Source of the DNA: the human T2T-CHM13v2.0 reference genome, Homo sapiens
Strand: one strand, 5' to 3'
NCBI RefSeq assembly: GCF_009914755.1
Contig: NC_060926.1
DNA length: 64,000 nt
Under the pieces are notes generated by a model that did not search any database, had not been told where the DNA came from, and saw nothing but the letters and a program-made list of their open reading frames with translations. The number at the start of each line of letters is the position of its first letter. Position 1 is the stretch's first letter. The position numbers and the translations under genes are program-made. Below, in pieces: positions 40,444 through 58,842 of this stretch.

Positions 40444-40556
40444 ATTTCGATGGGGTCCTCTATCATATTTCAAATCCTAATGGAGACAAAACAAAAGTGA
40501 TGGTCAGTATTTCTTTGAAATTCTACAAGGAACTTCAGGCACATGGTGCTGATGAG
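40444..40556 (+). CDS. ARPC2: ARPC2 exon 4 ([38 protein letters not shown])
   Basis: CTCACAG| acceptor, GAG|GTAAGA donor; 113 nt, cumulative 222 nt. Confidence 0.97.
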
Positions 40557-42042
40557 GTAAGATCCACATCATTTTCCTTGGGACTCTTGTTTCCTCACCT
40601 TTCATTGGCAGTTTGCCATTCATGGAAGATCCATGGCACTAAATCACCCCCACATGACTACTTGCTCACCTAACTAGGGGCTCTTGACTTGATTCCTATA
40701 ATGAATTGTGTTTCCTAGAAAAGGTTTTGACTCTTGCTTGCTTGCTTTAAAACAATGGAAACAAAAATAGCTTTAGTTCTCCAAAAACATAGCAAAGAAT
40801 ACTTTTCCTTGATCAGTACAAAAATAGCTGTTGCAAGAATTAGGTTCTGTTCTATTTTTGTAATATTATCAAGGCAGATAGATAACTTCTAGCTTGTTTA
40901 AATTTTATAGTCTCAGATTCTCATTCTGGAGGCTTAGGCACAAATAGCTGTCTTTTGAAATTTTTAATTAAAGCTCTTTAAAGCTACCGTCTTTAAATAT
41001 CTCTTCTTTATAACTACCATAGGGGAAATAAGAAAGATGTCCAGACATTATGAAACTTCGGTGGCCATGCCTTGTTCACTGGCTTCTTTAAATAGTTAAG
41101 TAGCAGGTTTGGTTCCTGTTGAACTGTATTTGCTCTGAGGAGAGCCATTTATGGAAGAAAGAAAATGCTATTACACCAGTTTGTGCACGCTGTGGTTGGG
41201 TCTCAAAGCAGGAAATATGACTCAGTTCCTGAATCAGTTTTCAAATTTCTTAGTTTTAACAAACTAGGTTCTCCTTAATCTGTTAAATGAAGATATAACC
41301 ATAGCTGTTTCTTTCTGAAAAGTAGTAGCTTTTGAATTATTTAAAACTTATATAATAAAAGATGATTTGTAAAGGAATATGGTCAAAAGCTTGTTTAATT
41401 TTTTAGCATAAAAACTAAAATTAGTCTTAATACCAAGAGCCATTGGTTGCTTCCCTTAGTTATTCAAATGCAATTGATTTTCTCATAAGTTCAAAGAAAG
41501 AAGAAATATTTAGAGGATTTGGAATCCAGATTAGTTTACTGGAAAAAGAAAAGCTTCAGAAAGAAGACCTAGTGCTTTTATAAAGCTTATGAAGAATTGT
41601 TTTGTAAAAGATAGTGGCTGACACTTCTTTACCAGATAAAGAGTGAAAGAAAACAAATGGCTATTAAAGCAGCCCTGCCTCTTTTTTTTTTTTGAGGTGG
41701 AGTCTCACTCTGTTGCCCCAGGCTGTACTGCAGTGGCGCCAGCTCAGCTCACTGCAACCTCCAACTCCTGGGTTCAAGCAGTTCATCTGCCTCAGCCTCC
41801 TGAGTAGCTGGGATTACAGGCATGCACCGCTACACCTGGCTAATTTTTTGTACTTTTCATAGAGATGGCGTTTCACCACATTGGCCAGGCTGCTCTCAAA
41901 CTTCTGACCTCAGGTGATCTGCCTGCCTCGACCTCCCACAGTGCTAAGATTGCAGGTGTGAGCCACCGTGCCCAGCCTTTTCTTTTTTTTTTCTTTTTTT
42001 TTTTTTTTTTTTTTTTTGACAAGGTCTTGTTCTGTCACCTAG

Positions 42043-42279
<237 letters not shown>

Positions 42280-43495
42280 TAGATGTGAGCCACCATGTCC
42301 AGCTGCATCGCTGCTTTGGATCAGCTATAACTACCTGAAAAGAAGTGTTAAAATATTTGAATAGACTTTTTTTAAATTGTGTAATCATTCTCCCCTAGAC
42401 AGTCTTCACTAGGTGCAAGCCTGCACAGTGGCACACACCTGTAGTGCCAACTGTGTGTTGGGACTTCACACAGTTGGCTTGAGGGGTTCAAGTGGGGAGA
42501 GTTGCTGGAGCCCAGGAGTTCAAGTCCAGCCTGGACAACATAGTGAGATTCCACCTCAAAAAAAGGAAAAGATCTAAATGCAATAATAATAATCCTGGAA
42601 AGAAAGAGTTAAGCTAGATTTCTTAAATCTCCTTTCCATTCTGTGCTTTTCTTACGATGGAGCTCCAGAACACATTGCTATTCTTGTAGCTACCACAAGG
42701 GTCAAAGAACCAGCCCCACCCACTCAAGTGGGTGGAGTAAGTAACATTCATAGTGTTGGAGCAGAGTGCACAGTAAATGGCTCCCTGGGTTGGTTAAACA
42801 GTGACCAACCCATGATAACCACAGGAAGGTTATTACTTTGTCACAGGCCATTTTTAAAGGTGGAATGCCTCTGCTGCTAGAGTGGGAAGGTAATGGTGAT
42901 GAGTGATAGGTTGCCTCCACCCATCTCCTGGTGTCATATTGGGAGAGGGGGTACAAACTGAAAAGTGAATCATGGTTAAAAGTGCAAGTGAAGTGACAAG
43001 GAAGTGTTGGCTGGTTTTACCAAGGGGAGGGAGCAAAGCAGTTGAACATGATATAAATTTGGCTCTCAGTACCTCTTAGATCTCAGAATATTAACTTAGT
43101 AAGCTTGAAATTAAACTAAATCTTAGGGACTTAGGGATTTAAACTAAATCCCCACCACATCTGATTTCCCCTTCCTCGAAATACCAATAGTACGTGCAAC
43201 ACAGACTTGTAGCTCAGAGGTCGCATGCTGTTTCAAATTCTTGGGATATGCATGTTACTTTTTTTTAAAGAAGTGGTATATCAGACACCTGAAGGTCAAG
43301 TCTCTCTGTGCCACCAACAAACTCTCGTGACCTTGAGCCCCTCCTCTCAATTCCTCTTCGGTAAAAGAAATACCTCACAGTGGCTGTGCAATCACCAAAT
43401 AGGAACTACAGGTGGCATTATTTATCTTTTGCCCTTGTGTAAGAAAATGTAGTCTTGCAGGTTGAAAATTTCTTCCAGCTATAGGAAAATGGTTA

Positions 43496-44034
<539 letters not shown>

Positions 44035-44062
44035 TCACGGTGACAGAGAAAAAAATAGGGAG

Positions 44063-45173
<1,111 letters not shown>

Positions 45174-45554
45174 TTAATTCAAAAACCTGGAAAGTAGCCA
45201 GCAGTAGGTTCTGGTTTGGGGGGAAAGACATGTAGAGTATACAACCTTCTGGACACCAGTATTAATAGCTAGCTAAGATTTCATTATTGACTGTCCTTTG
45301 CCTTAAGAGCTGGCTATGCACTGAGTAATTTTAAAGCATACAAGATCAGCAGACAAACAGATCAGTTCCCGAGAGTCCTGGTTTTTTTCTCTTTATTCAC
45401 CTGGGTTAGTGGCTCAGTCTGTACTTAGGTTGATAACTAACAATCTGTTCTCTCACTTGGAATTTGGCATCCTTTTGCTCTCTTGAAAACAAAACATGAT
45501 TAAGTACAATGTAGGATCTGGAGGAGAACAGAGAACATATTAAGGGTGTAGTCA

Positions 45555-45728
<174 letters not shown>

Positions 45729-46060
45729 TTAGCCGGGCATGGTGGCGCATGCCTATAATCCCAGCTACTTGGGAGGCTCAGGCAGGAGAATCACTTGAAC
45801 CCAGGAGGCGGAGGTTGTGGTGAGCCGAGATCGCGCCATTGCACTCTGTCCCAGGCATAAAAAGATACTCATCTCAGTTTTGTGACTTGTTTGGTGACTA
45901 AATCCACTTCCCCTCTGTCTCTACTTTCCCATCCACCAAATGAAAGTTAGGAAGAATGCCAACTTAGGAAGAGCTTGGCAAGTGCAGTACTTTAAAAATA
46001 ATGAAATTATCATGGCCTTTGGATTAACGTATTTGGTTTTGTTTTGTTTTTATTTTCTAG

Positions 46061-46106
46061 TTATTAAAGAGGGTGTACGGGAGTTTCTTGGTAAATCCAG
46101 AATCAG
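46061..46106 (+). CDS. ARPC2: ARPC2 exon 5 (LLKRVYGSFLVNPES)
   Basis: TTTCTAG| acceptor, CAG|GTATGT donor; 46 nt. Confidence 0.95.
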
Positions 46107-48158
46107 GTATGTAGTCATGTGAGCAACTATGGAATGACATGGGAAGAGAGGTGTCCTTTTTATATTATGCTTTTTTTACCCAAAGGATTTCGTTTAAATA
46201 TTATTACAAATATTTCTGCATGAGCCCATTCCTAATTTCAACTCCCTCCATAAAAATAGCTTTTAAGGGGCTTTGCTTTGTCCAATATGGAACACAGTAG
46301 AGGTACAAAATTGATGTGTGACATTTTTAACATTTACTTGATGGGGCCACATGACTCTTACTTAATCTTTCAGCCAGAGGGCCACATTTGTTTGTTCATG
46401 GTGATTAAAATGGCTTTGAAAAGAATGAGCAAACATTGATTCCCACCCTCGGCCCTTAGTAATTCTGCATACTACATATTTGGAGAAAGAAGAGGAATAT
46501 TCACCACACTATTCTTGTGATTTCAAGTAATAAAAATCAGACCCTTTCTTAATCCAGTCTTCTAATAGGTTGTCTCAACATTCATGGCCAGAGGAATTGA
46601 AAGGCACCGTGTCATCCTTGAATAGAACAGCTATGTTATACTGCTTTAAAAAGGAGGTTTAAAGTGGAAAAACTGAACAGCCTTTTTACCCTGTGATTCA
46701 GTGGCATGTCTCAAATTCTGAGGCATTTAGCAGGACCCCAAAGTGAGAACCAGGTAGTAAGACCATTGGAACATAATATTTTTTACTCAACTATTACAAC
46801 TTTGGTACCTTGATTAGAAAAGTCTTCTAAGAAGGAAGTTCTCTGTCACTCTTAACAGCAGTTACTTGTGCTAGCTTATTTCATCACCTCACCTATTTTT
46901 TCAGACAGTCTCATTCTGTTGCCCAGGCTGGAATGCAGTGGTACAGTCATAGCTCACTGCAGCCTCCTCCAAATCTTGGGCTCAAGCAATCCTCCCGCTT
47001 TAGCCTCTCCGGTAGCTGGGAACTACAGGCACATGCCACCATACCCAATTAATTTTTTTAATATTTTGTAGAAACAGAGTCTCACTGTCTGCTGCCCATA
47101 CTGCCAAAACAGAGTAAGGAGGTCTCAAACTCCTAGCCTTGAGCAATCTACCCACCTCAGCCTCCGCCTCCCAGAGAGTTGGGATCATAGGCATGAGCCA
47201 CCATACCCAGCACCTTTTTTTTTTTTAATCTCCAAATTGGCGGGATGAATGTGTCACAGAAATAAAAGCCAAGATAACACTGTAGGCTTTTGGCAAAATC
47301 AAGGTATTAAAAGAAAGAAACAAACAGATCTAGAACAGAAAAATCATGTCCAAAGTCTTGGGCATGCTTGTCACAGCCAACATCCTGACATGGAAAGTTT
47401 ATGTTTCTGTCCCTGGGCCTCCTTCTACCTCCCACTAAATCATAGACATTGCCAGATTGCAGACCCTGTCTTCATAGAAGTGTGAAATGTAAAAGTGTGT
47501 GAAAGTAGTGTCTCAACCAGGTGCAGTGGCTCACACCTGTAATCCCAGCACTTTGGGGAGGCCAAGGTGAGTGAATTGCTTGAGCTCAGAAGTTCAGGAC
47601 CAGCCTGGGCAGCATAATGAGATACCTGTCTCTATAAAAAATACAGAATTAGCCAGGCATGGTGGCAGCCACCTGTAATACCAGGTACTCAGGTGGCTGA
47701 AGCACGAGAATCGCTTGAACCCAGGAGGCAGAGGTTGCAGTGAGCTGAGATTGCGCCACTGCCCTCTAGCCTAGGCGACAGAGCAAGATTCAGTCTCGAG
47801 AAAAAAAAAAAAGACCGTAGAGTCTCTCCTCCTCTTTTTTAATGGGTTTATGTAGGCACGTTTGGAAAACTCAGCAAGTTATACTAGATTTTTACTTCTC
47901 TTCATCCTCAGTATATTCTGTTCATCATGTTAGAAGCCTTACTTAAAGACAGACTTTACCTTAGCTATAGTTTTATTTGCTCTTATTTGGCTTCCTAAAA
48001 CTAGCAAACCTCAGCTCTAAATCTTTTCTTTTTTAATCTAACCTTGTAATCTGTGTGCTTATTTGGTTTTCAAGTACCCAAAATAGAATGATGATTGATA
48101 TTATTTAATACTGGAGTGCCTCTCCAGTATTAAATAAAATGTGCTAAGCATTATCTAG

Positions 48159-48335
<177 letters not shown>

Positions 48336-48391
48336 TAAAAGTACAAAATTAGCCAGGCCTGGTGGCGCATGCCTGTAATCCCAGCTGCTTA

Positions 48392-48496
<105 letters not shown>

Positions 48497-48835
48497 TCAA
48501 AAAAAAAAAAATACAGATCTCAGGAATGCTTTTGGGAAAAAATGAAATAGTAATGAGGTTTCAGATACTTAGAAGTGTGAAAGCCATACAGTTCTGGTGA
48601 AGTTATTCCCGTCAGTTGCCTAGAATATAAAATGATCCTCAGTGATGTAGAAATATTCTTGCAAAAACATCTCTAGGCAGTTTGACACTTATTAATCATT
48701 TGATTCTATAATCAAGTGTTCCAGCCGGCTTCTGGGAATTCATAGTGGACATGCTGTAAAAAGGCAGGTCATCCAATGGTTTCAGTCCATGTTCTGCACC
48801 CGTATTGATGACCTGTCATGTTCCACACACTTTAA

Positions 48836-49510
<675 letters not shown>

Positions 49511-50370
49511 TGATCTGCCCACCTTGGCCTCCCAAAATGCTGGGATTACAGGTGTGAGCCACCACACCCAGCAGTTTTTTTAAGGTCACAAAATGACAAG
49601 ACTAGGATTTGGACCCAGTTCTGTTCGACTCAAAATAGAGTGCCCTACACTTATGTGTCATGCTGCATTTGGCAAGTCACGTCACTTCTTTGAATCTCCT
49701 TTTCCCTCTGCAAAACAGTAACCTTATCTAGCCTGCAGACTTCAAAGGTGGTTATGGAGATCAAATGAAGTAAAATGTTTTAAAAATTGTACAATATATA
49801 CCAATAAAAGCTATTGGGGAGGTATATGTATGAACAGGTAGTTGGTTTTTCTACCCTGCCACCTCATAAAGAGTTTGCAGTGGCACGTAGAAGGGTTTAT
49901 CTTATTATCACAAAGCTACCCATTTGCTGGCCATACTGATACTTGGCACATTAAACTATCAGAGAAATATATGTGGCTCCTTTACAACTGTGTCTAGAAG
50001 GGTACATTTCCAATCAGAGTTCCCAGGTTCTGACTTTCTCCCATTACATATTTGTAATTAGTCATCTTTGATACTGATTCAAATTTTTGATTAACATTAA
50101 TTATATATATTTACAAGAATCTTATAAAAATTAAGATTTTATTTCACCTCATTTTGCCCTGTGAGATAGATGGAAATAGACTATATTCTACCCAGGTTAA
50201 AAGTACAGATAATGAGACAAAATGTCAATAGAACCTGAAAAAAGATTTTTTTAGTTGCCTCTAGTCTCTGTTTACTTGGTATAGATAGTATGCTGCTTTT
50301 TTTTTTTTTTTTTTTTTTTAAATGTAACTGCTGGGTTGTTTTTTGTTTCTTGTTTTTTCTTTCCCTCCAG

Positions 50371-50557
50371 GATACAATGTCTCTTTGCTATATGACCTTG
50401 AAAATCTTCCGGCATCCAAGGATTCCATTGTGCATCAAGCTGGCATGTTGAAGCGAAATTGTTTTGCCTCTGTCTTTGAAAAATACTTCCAATTCCAAGA
50501 AGAGGGCAAGGAAGGAGAGAACAGGGCAGTTATCCATTATAGGGATGATGAGACCAT
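50371..50557 (+). CDS. ARPC2: ARPC2 exon 6 ([14 protein letters not shown]...HYRDDETM)
   Basis: CCTCCAG| acceptor, CAT|GTGAGT donor; 187 nt. Confidence 0.97.
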
Positions 50558-51097
50558 GTGAGTATAGAATTTGGTCCTGAAGCCTGGATATGGCTGCTAC
50601 ACCACCATGGCACTTACTGAAAGAAATATGGCTTGGTCAAACTTTCAGCTGTATTGCGTGAAAATGTTTTTCTCATAAAATGTCTTAAGCCAGGAAGTAG
50701 ATGATAGGGCAGAAATCAGCCACTCCTCCTACTCTCCAGATACTGAGAGCTGACAGATGGTGGAAAGAGAATCCAGTGCTTTCCTTTAAGGCACCACTGT
50801 TCTGAGTCATGTTTAAGAGTATAGCCTGGATAATCAGCAGGCAGGGTGACCATAGGTCCATGTTATATTTACAAGTCAATAAAATCTACTTCTGATAATT
50901 TCCATCTGCTGCCTCTCTTAGGGCATTCATTTTGTGCACTGACTTTGTTGACCATAAATATCATCTCATTTGGCACACCTTTATATTATGATTTAAGAGA
51001 TTTATGACTTTAGCCTTCTGATGTACTTGTAGATCAAGTTATTGACAAAACCCCATTCTGATTCTGTACTTATCCTCATGGATTTTGTTCCTCTCAG

Positions 51098-51191
51098 GTA
51101 TGTTGAGTCTAAAAAGGACAGAGTCACAGTAGTCTTCAGCACAGTGTTTAAGGATGACGACGATGTGGTCATTGGAAAGGTGTTCATGCAG
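51098..51191 (+). CDS. ARPC2: ARPC2 exon 7 ([31 protein letters not shown])
   Basis: CTCTCAG| acceptor, CAG|GTATGG donor; 94 nt, cumulative 549 nt. Confidence 0.97.
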
Positions 51192-51267
51192 GTATGGAGC
51201 AGACATCTTGGGGGAAACCCATGCATGGCGACTTATACCTTTGCACCCAAACATACCATGAGCGTAG

Positions 51268-51940
<673 letters not shown>

Positions 51941-52379
51941 TGAGCCACCGCGCCCAGCCTGATATTTTTTTTCCCAGTGGTTTAGTTTTGCAGGACAGAA
52001 CTAAAGGGTAAGTTGAGAATTAAACATACTAACTATGAATGAATGTTATGCATCCTTCCTACTGTGGGGTCTTTGACCTAAAACTTTGTCAGGTTTCCTA
52101 ACCCTAACCTCTTGTGTTTCCTCAGATTTCTAGTAAGGTGGCTGCTCTTGGTTTGGTCCTAAGGTCTTTTCAGAATGGACTGTATAGCCAATTATTTGGT
52201 AGTAGATAACGCATGAACAGGTAGAGTTGTTGAACTGACAGACTGAGCCTGAGTTTGGATGGGTCACCATAGAGTACTTCCCTCACAAGAAGCTCATCTT
52301 AAGAAGAGTCATGAGAGGCCAGGCGCGGTGGCTGACGCCTGTAATCCCAGCACTGTGGGAGGCCGAGGTGGGCGGATCA

Positions 52380-52671
<292 letters not shown>

Positions 52672-54199
52672 TCATTGTGTACCAGTCTGCTGGCCAGTTA
52701 GTTGCTGCCTCTAGGATGGACATGAGAGTTCATTGGTCAAGTGACATTCAGGCTGGTTTCTTCTGAGATGGCTCAGCATTCAAAATCTAGTACAATGGTA
52801 AAATTTTTTGAAAACGTTACTACCTTCATTCTGTTCCTTGGCAGGGTGGTAAAGATTTTTAAATTCTGAAGCAGAATCTCTTTTGCCAAATAGAGTTGAA
52901 AGACAGCTGTGCTTAACAGTAAAGATACTTTGCATAGCCTTCTAAGTGGCTAGGAAAATCTTCAAAAGTGATATTCTCAACTGCTCCATCCCTAGTGGCT
53001 TTTGTATTTTGGCTAATTAATCAGAAACTAGTTTGGGAGTCACTATACAGAAAAATTGGAATATTGACACTTCAGCATTTGCTAGTGCTGAACTTGATGA
53101 AGGAATATATAAATATACATGTATCTCTTGGGTCCTAAAAGTAAGCCTCTAGAGAGGCATTTCATGTGTTTTTATGCAGAATTGACAGGGGAATTAAATG
53201 CAGTAGCTCAGAAATTGGGCTAAATCCAGAGTAACAAAACTAATTTTAAAAGCTCTGAAGTATATATTTAGATTTGGCTGGTTTTTTACCAATCTTATTC
53301 CATTTTATTCCAGGAAACAACTTATTTTTATACTTTAAACAGATCTTATCTTGGAGAGTGTACCGGAGATTTGTTCCTTAGGAGAATTTTGTGTATTCTT
53401 TTTTGGCATATGATTTAAATGCCTCCTTCAGGGTACCTGTGGTAGGGCACTTACCTAAAAGGAAAGACAAAGCCTCTTTTGCATTTTGGCACTAACAGGA
53501 TCTCTGGATAGTAACTGGCCTGGTGCAGTGCTAGCTAGACTCAGGAAGTCATCTGCCCTGCCACCCTTTCCAAATTCAGAGGCTTAGGTAATTTGTTGGA
53601 AATGACAATCGGAAACTGGACTTTTGCTGGATTTTCCCAAAAAATAAATAGAACTTTTTCCTAGGCCTGGAATTGTAAATTTCTCGGAAAAAGAATGAGG
53701 GACACCTGGCACAGAAAGTTGTACCCTGAGAACACTATTTGAAGTTCCTCATGGTCACTAGTCTACTTGTTGCCAGCCTTTGTGGCCTTTCCCTTCCAGC
53801 ATGCACATCCAGCCTGATCAGAATTCAAGTCTTGCTTTTGTCATTTGGCAAGCAGGCTCTGAGGGATGCTTTCTACCTCTCAGAAAAAGACAGGAAGTGT
53901 ATTCCTCCACACTAGTGGTATGGGCATATCAGCTGAGTACTGGAGAATGTCTGATAGAAGCCATCATTTCAATGCTTATTCCATGAAAAGCAATAGGACC
54001 AGTAATTATGCTTTTGGAGATTAGCTTATGGTGAACTAGAATTCTTTTCATATTCTAAGATTTTAAAGTCAAGTTAGTAACTAAATAACCAGGAAAAGTT
54101 AAGTGGAAACCACTGGTTTTTATATGTTCAGGGACAAAGACACAAGCACCTGCCTCTTAGGCAGTTGTAAAGATGTATTTTGAGGGCCCTTTCTGCCTG

Positions 54200-54990
54200 T
54201 TTGCATGTGTGGGTATGTCTGTAGGATATTTTCCTGAACTGGGAACACTGAGTCCAAGTCAGTAATTTTGGTAGACATTGCCAAACTCTTCTCCATCAGG
54301 GTAGTGGCATTTTATCATCTACCAGTGATGGAGAGGAGTGCCTGTTTTCCCAGAGTATGTTGTAAACTTGTGGATTTCTCCTGATCTGATAGGTTAAAGG
54401 TGGTATCTGTGTCTGCTTATGATGACATAAAAAGATGTTCTGAGGTCAGAACATCTTTTCTTAATGTTATAGACCATTTGATTTTCTTATGAAGTGTCTC
54501 TTTATGTCCTTTACCCATTATTCTGTAGGGTCATTGAGCTTCTCAATTTCTTTACATACTAGGGAGAGTAGCCTTTCATCTGTGATTAAGAGTTGAAATA
54601 TTTTCTCCAGTTTGTCATTGGACCGTGTTTTGTGGGGTTTTTTCCACCATGTGGAAGTTTGTTTTTACATAATCAAATTAATCAATCTTGCCTTTTATGG
54701 CTTCTAGATTTTGAGTTATAGGTAGAAAGCCCTTCCCTACTCGAAGGTTATAAAGAAATTTACCTGTTATTTTCTGAGTATTTTTACAGTTACATATTTT
54801 ATACATGATTTTTTCTTATTTGTTGAGAGCTCCTCTTGTTGTATGGTATGAAAGAATGATCTTTTTTTCCTAAATGGCTATCCAGTGGTCCCAGTGGCAA
54901 TTATTTCCTTTTTTACACCCCTGATTTAAGATGCTACTTTTATCATATGCTAAATGCCTTGTATATATTTGGATTTATTCCGAACTTCCT
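54200..54990 (-). mobile_element. Old L1M 3' fragment in intron 7
   Basis: Degenerate antisense L1 motifs (GAGTGCCTGTTTTCCC, GTCCTTTACCCATT, GGCTATCCAGTGGTCCCAG). Confidence 0.55.
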
Positions 54991-55323
54991 ATGATAAATA
55001 GTACTTTGGAAGAGAGAAATAATCTGATGCTCAAAAGACATCCTAGCCAGAAGGAGAGTAAAAAGGCAATATTGCTTGATTACGTATAACAAAGATGCCA
55101 ATGAAGATGGAGGGCTGTTTGGGTGTGTTTGTTTGTTTAAGCTTTATTTAGGAGAGAGAACTGAGGAGAAGCAAAGACATCAGAGAATCTAAAGAATAGT
55201 CCCAGTCAGGCACAGTGGCTCACGCCTGTAATCCCAGCACTTTGCGGGGCCTAGGCAGGTGGATCACTAGAGGCCAGTTTGAGACCAGCCTGGCCAACAT
55301 GGTGAAACCCTGTTTCTACTTTA

Positions 55324-55563
<240 letters not shown>

Positions 55564-57127
55564 CTAATGAGTGCTAATAAGTCACCACTGGTTTATAAAT
55601 ACCCCATCTCATTGTGAATACCACATGTACCTGTGAATTAGAGCCTTGGAGACACTTAACAGACACAAGAAAATGCCAACAGTTACGTATCTGTTCTGTT
55701 TAATTCCTTAATACCGAAAAGTAAAACCAGTAAAAGTTAAAAAGCTTCTTAACCCCTTTGTAGAATAAAAAATGTTTTCTAGAGAAGGGCGATTTTAGAA
55801 GCTTTGCTCTAGAAATTTCCATTTGGGATAATCTTGACTCCTTCCCTTCCTTTTTGGATATTTTTCCTTCGGGGAACAAAATCTGTTCAAAAGGGGAATA
55901 ATCTAACCCAGTTGATGGTCATTTCTTTTCCTACTTAAAGCTTGGTAGTGTTAGCATGAGAGGCAGTTTGTGAAATAGGTGAGGTCCCAGGCTGGGCATT
56001 GGGGCTCCTCAGCCATCGTCTTTCTTTTGCCACTAATTGTCGAGAGGGCTTGCTAATCAGTGTTTATTCTTCCTGCCTGCAACTGGAAACAGCCCTTGCC
56101 TATTCCTGTACAGTGTGATGATACTAAACCAGCTAGGGTAGAAGCACTTGCTTTCTCTCAGCAAGGCATGTGCTGCATAGCCTCTTTGAAAGACAGAAGA
56201 ATAAATTACAAAGATAAATTAAGCAGGATCTTTGATTTGAACTCATAACCTGGTAGGGGAGCCAGATACATTAATGAATGGTAAAATATCATAGTAGAGG
56301 TTTGTAGAAAAGACATGGCAGCTCCAGCAAGAGAGCAGTACCTGCCTGGGTTTGTTGGAGATGGTATTAGGAGGCGGTATTTGAGCAGCAGTAGAAGGGC
56401 ACGCAGGCCACATGGCTGTGTAACCATGCCTTCAGAACTCCTAAAACAAGAGACCTTGGAGAGTCCTTGGCAGCATCCTCCTGCTGTCTATCATCTTGGA
56501 AGGCCCACTTGATGAATTTGGATTATCCAGTTTTACTGGCATTGCTAGAAAATCTACTTCTGTTCTTGCAGATCTGGCTGAGAGAGAGAAGCCTTGTATT
56601 ACTTGTCTATTTACATAGGAATGTATGGACTGTAGAAGCTTCAGGTTTGGAGATTGGAACATAGAAGGAAGGGCTTCCTTTATGAGCACCAAGACAACTC
56701 AGCTTCTTTCATTCCATTGTCTTCTGTCCGCAAGAAGAGCTTAAGTTTGCTCTAAAGATTTTATTGATGAATTCTAAATAGCAACAGGATCCTCAGTGAA
56801 AAAAGACTCATGCAAAGTCCCAGAGCCCAGAGAAAGTATGGTAGTTTATCACCTATGTTAGTGCAAAGGAAAAGGATTATCACTACTTTTCATCACATTT
56901 TGAAGATCTGACTTATTAAGTACTTTGCAGTCTCTCCCGTTTGAATCTGAAGTGTAGTGGTAGCAGCTAGCACTTGTCATATTTCAGGTTTGGTGTAGTT
57001 TATTTTTAACCTCCTGCTGGTCTGGAGGGCTACAAAGGTCACACCACATAGAACAAACCCTATAGCTTGAGTTGCCACTCATCTTACACCCACTTCTCTT
57101 CTGGTTGCTTTTGCTTTGTCTTGGCAG

Positions 57128-57254
57128 GAGTTCAAAGAAGGACGCAGAGCCAGCCACACAGCCCCACAGGTCCTCTTTAGCCACAGGGAACCTCCTCTGG
57201 AGCTGAAAGACACAGACGCCGCTGTGGGTGACAACATTGGCTACATTACCTTTG
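57128..57254 (+). CDS. ARPC2: ARPC2 exon 8 ([42 protein letters not shown])
   Basis: TTGGCAG| acceptor, TTG|GTGAGC donor; 127 nt. Confidence 0.97.
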
Positions 57255-57533
57255 GTGAGCAGGGTGCACTTGCTGCTTTTGTGCCGCTTTAATGAGTTCA
57301 CACAGCAGAATACCTAAATCTGCACAGAACCTTGGTTAACATTTTAAGGTAGGCAAACGCAGGCATACCAACTTGTTCCTGTTGCCATTGCAGTGACTAA
57401 AGGAGGGATGTCACAGGGTATTAATTACAGAGCAGGCCATATGCTATTTTTGTACAGTAATCCTTTCCTTTTTTTCCCCATTTTTCTTAAATCTTAAAAA
57501 TAAGACTGAATTCTGATATCAAGAGTTAAGGTC

Positions 57534-57626
57534 CCTTCAATAGTTCAGCTGGTAGAGCAGAGGACTATAGCTACTTCCTCAGTAGGAGACGTCCTTAGGT
57601 TGCTGGTTCAATTCCAGCTTGAAGGA
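57534..57626 (+). tRNA. TRY-ATA1-1: tRNA-Tyr-derived gene/pseudogene, anticodon ATA, 20-nt intron (tRNA-Tyr-ATA-1-1 as I recall it)
   Basis: Cloverleaf: acceptor stem CCTTCAA/TTGAAGG, D stem GTTC/GAGC, anticodon stem GAGGA/TCCTT, anticodon ATA 57567-69, intron 57571-90, T stem GCTGG/CCAGC, B box GGTTCAATTCC. All six CpGs of the canonical tRNA-Tyr(GTA) body are mutated. Confidence 0.88.
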
Positions 57627-57637
57627 GACAAGTACAG

Positions 57638-57641
57638 TTTT
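57638..57641 (+). terminator. Pol III terminator-like TTTT after the tRNA 3' trailer
   Basis: GACAAGTACAGTTTT directly follows the discriminator base and abuts the Alu 5' end. Confidence 0.5.

Positions 57642-58842
<1,201 letters not shown>

Noticed and set aside
52096-52109. CCTAACCCTAACC telomere-like run
   Set aside because: About two units; expected by chance.
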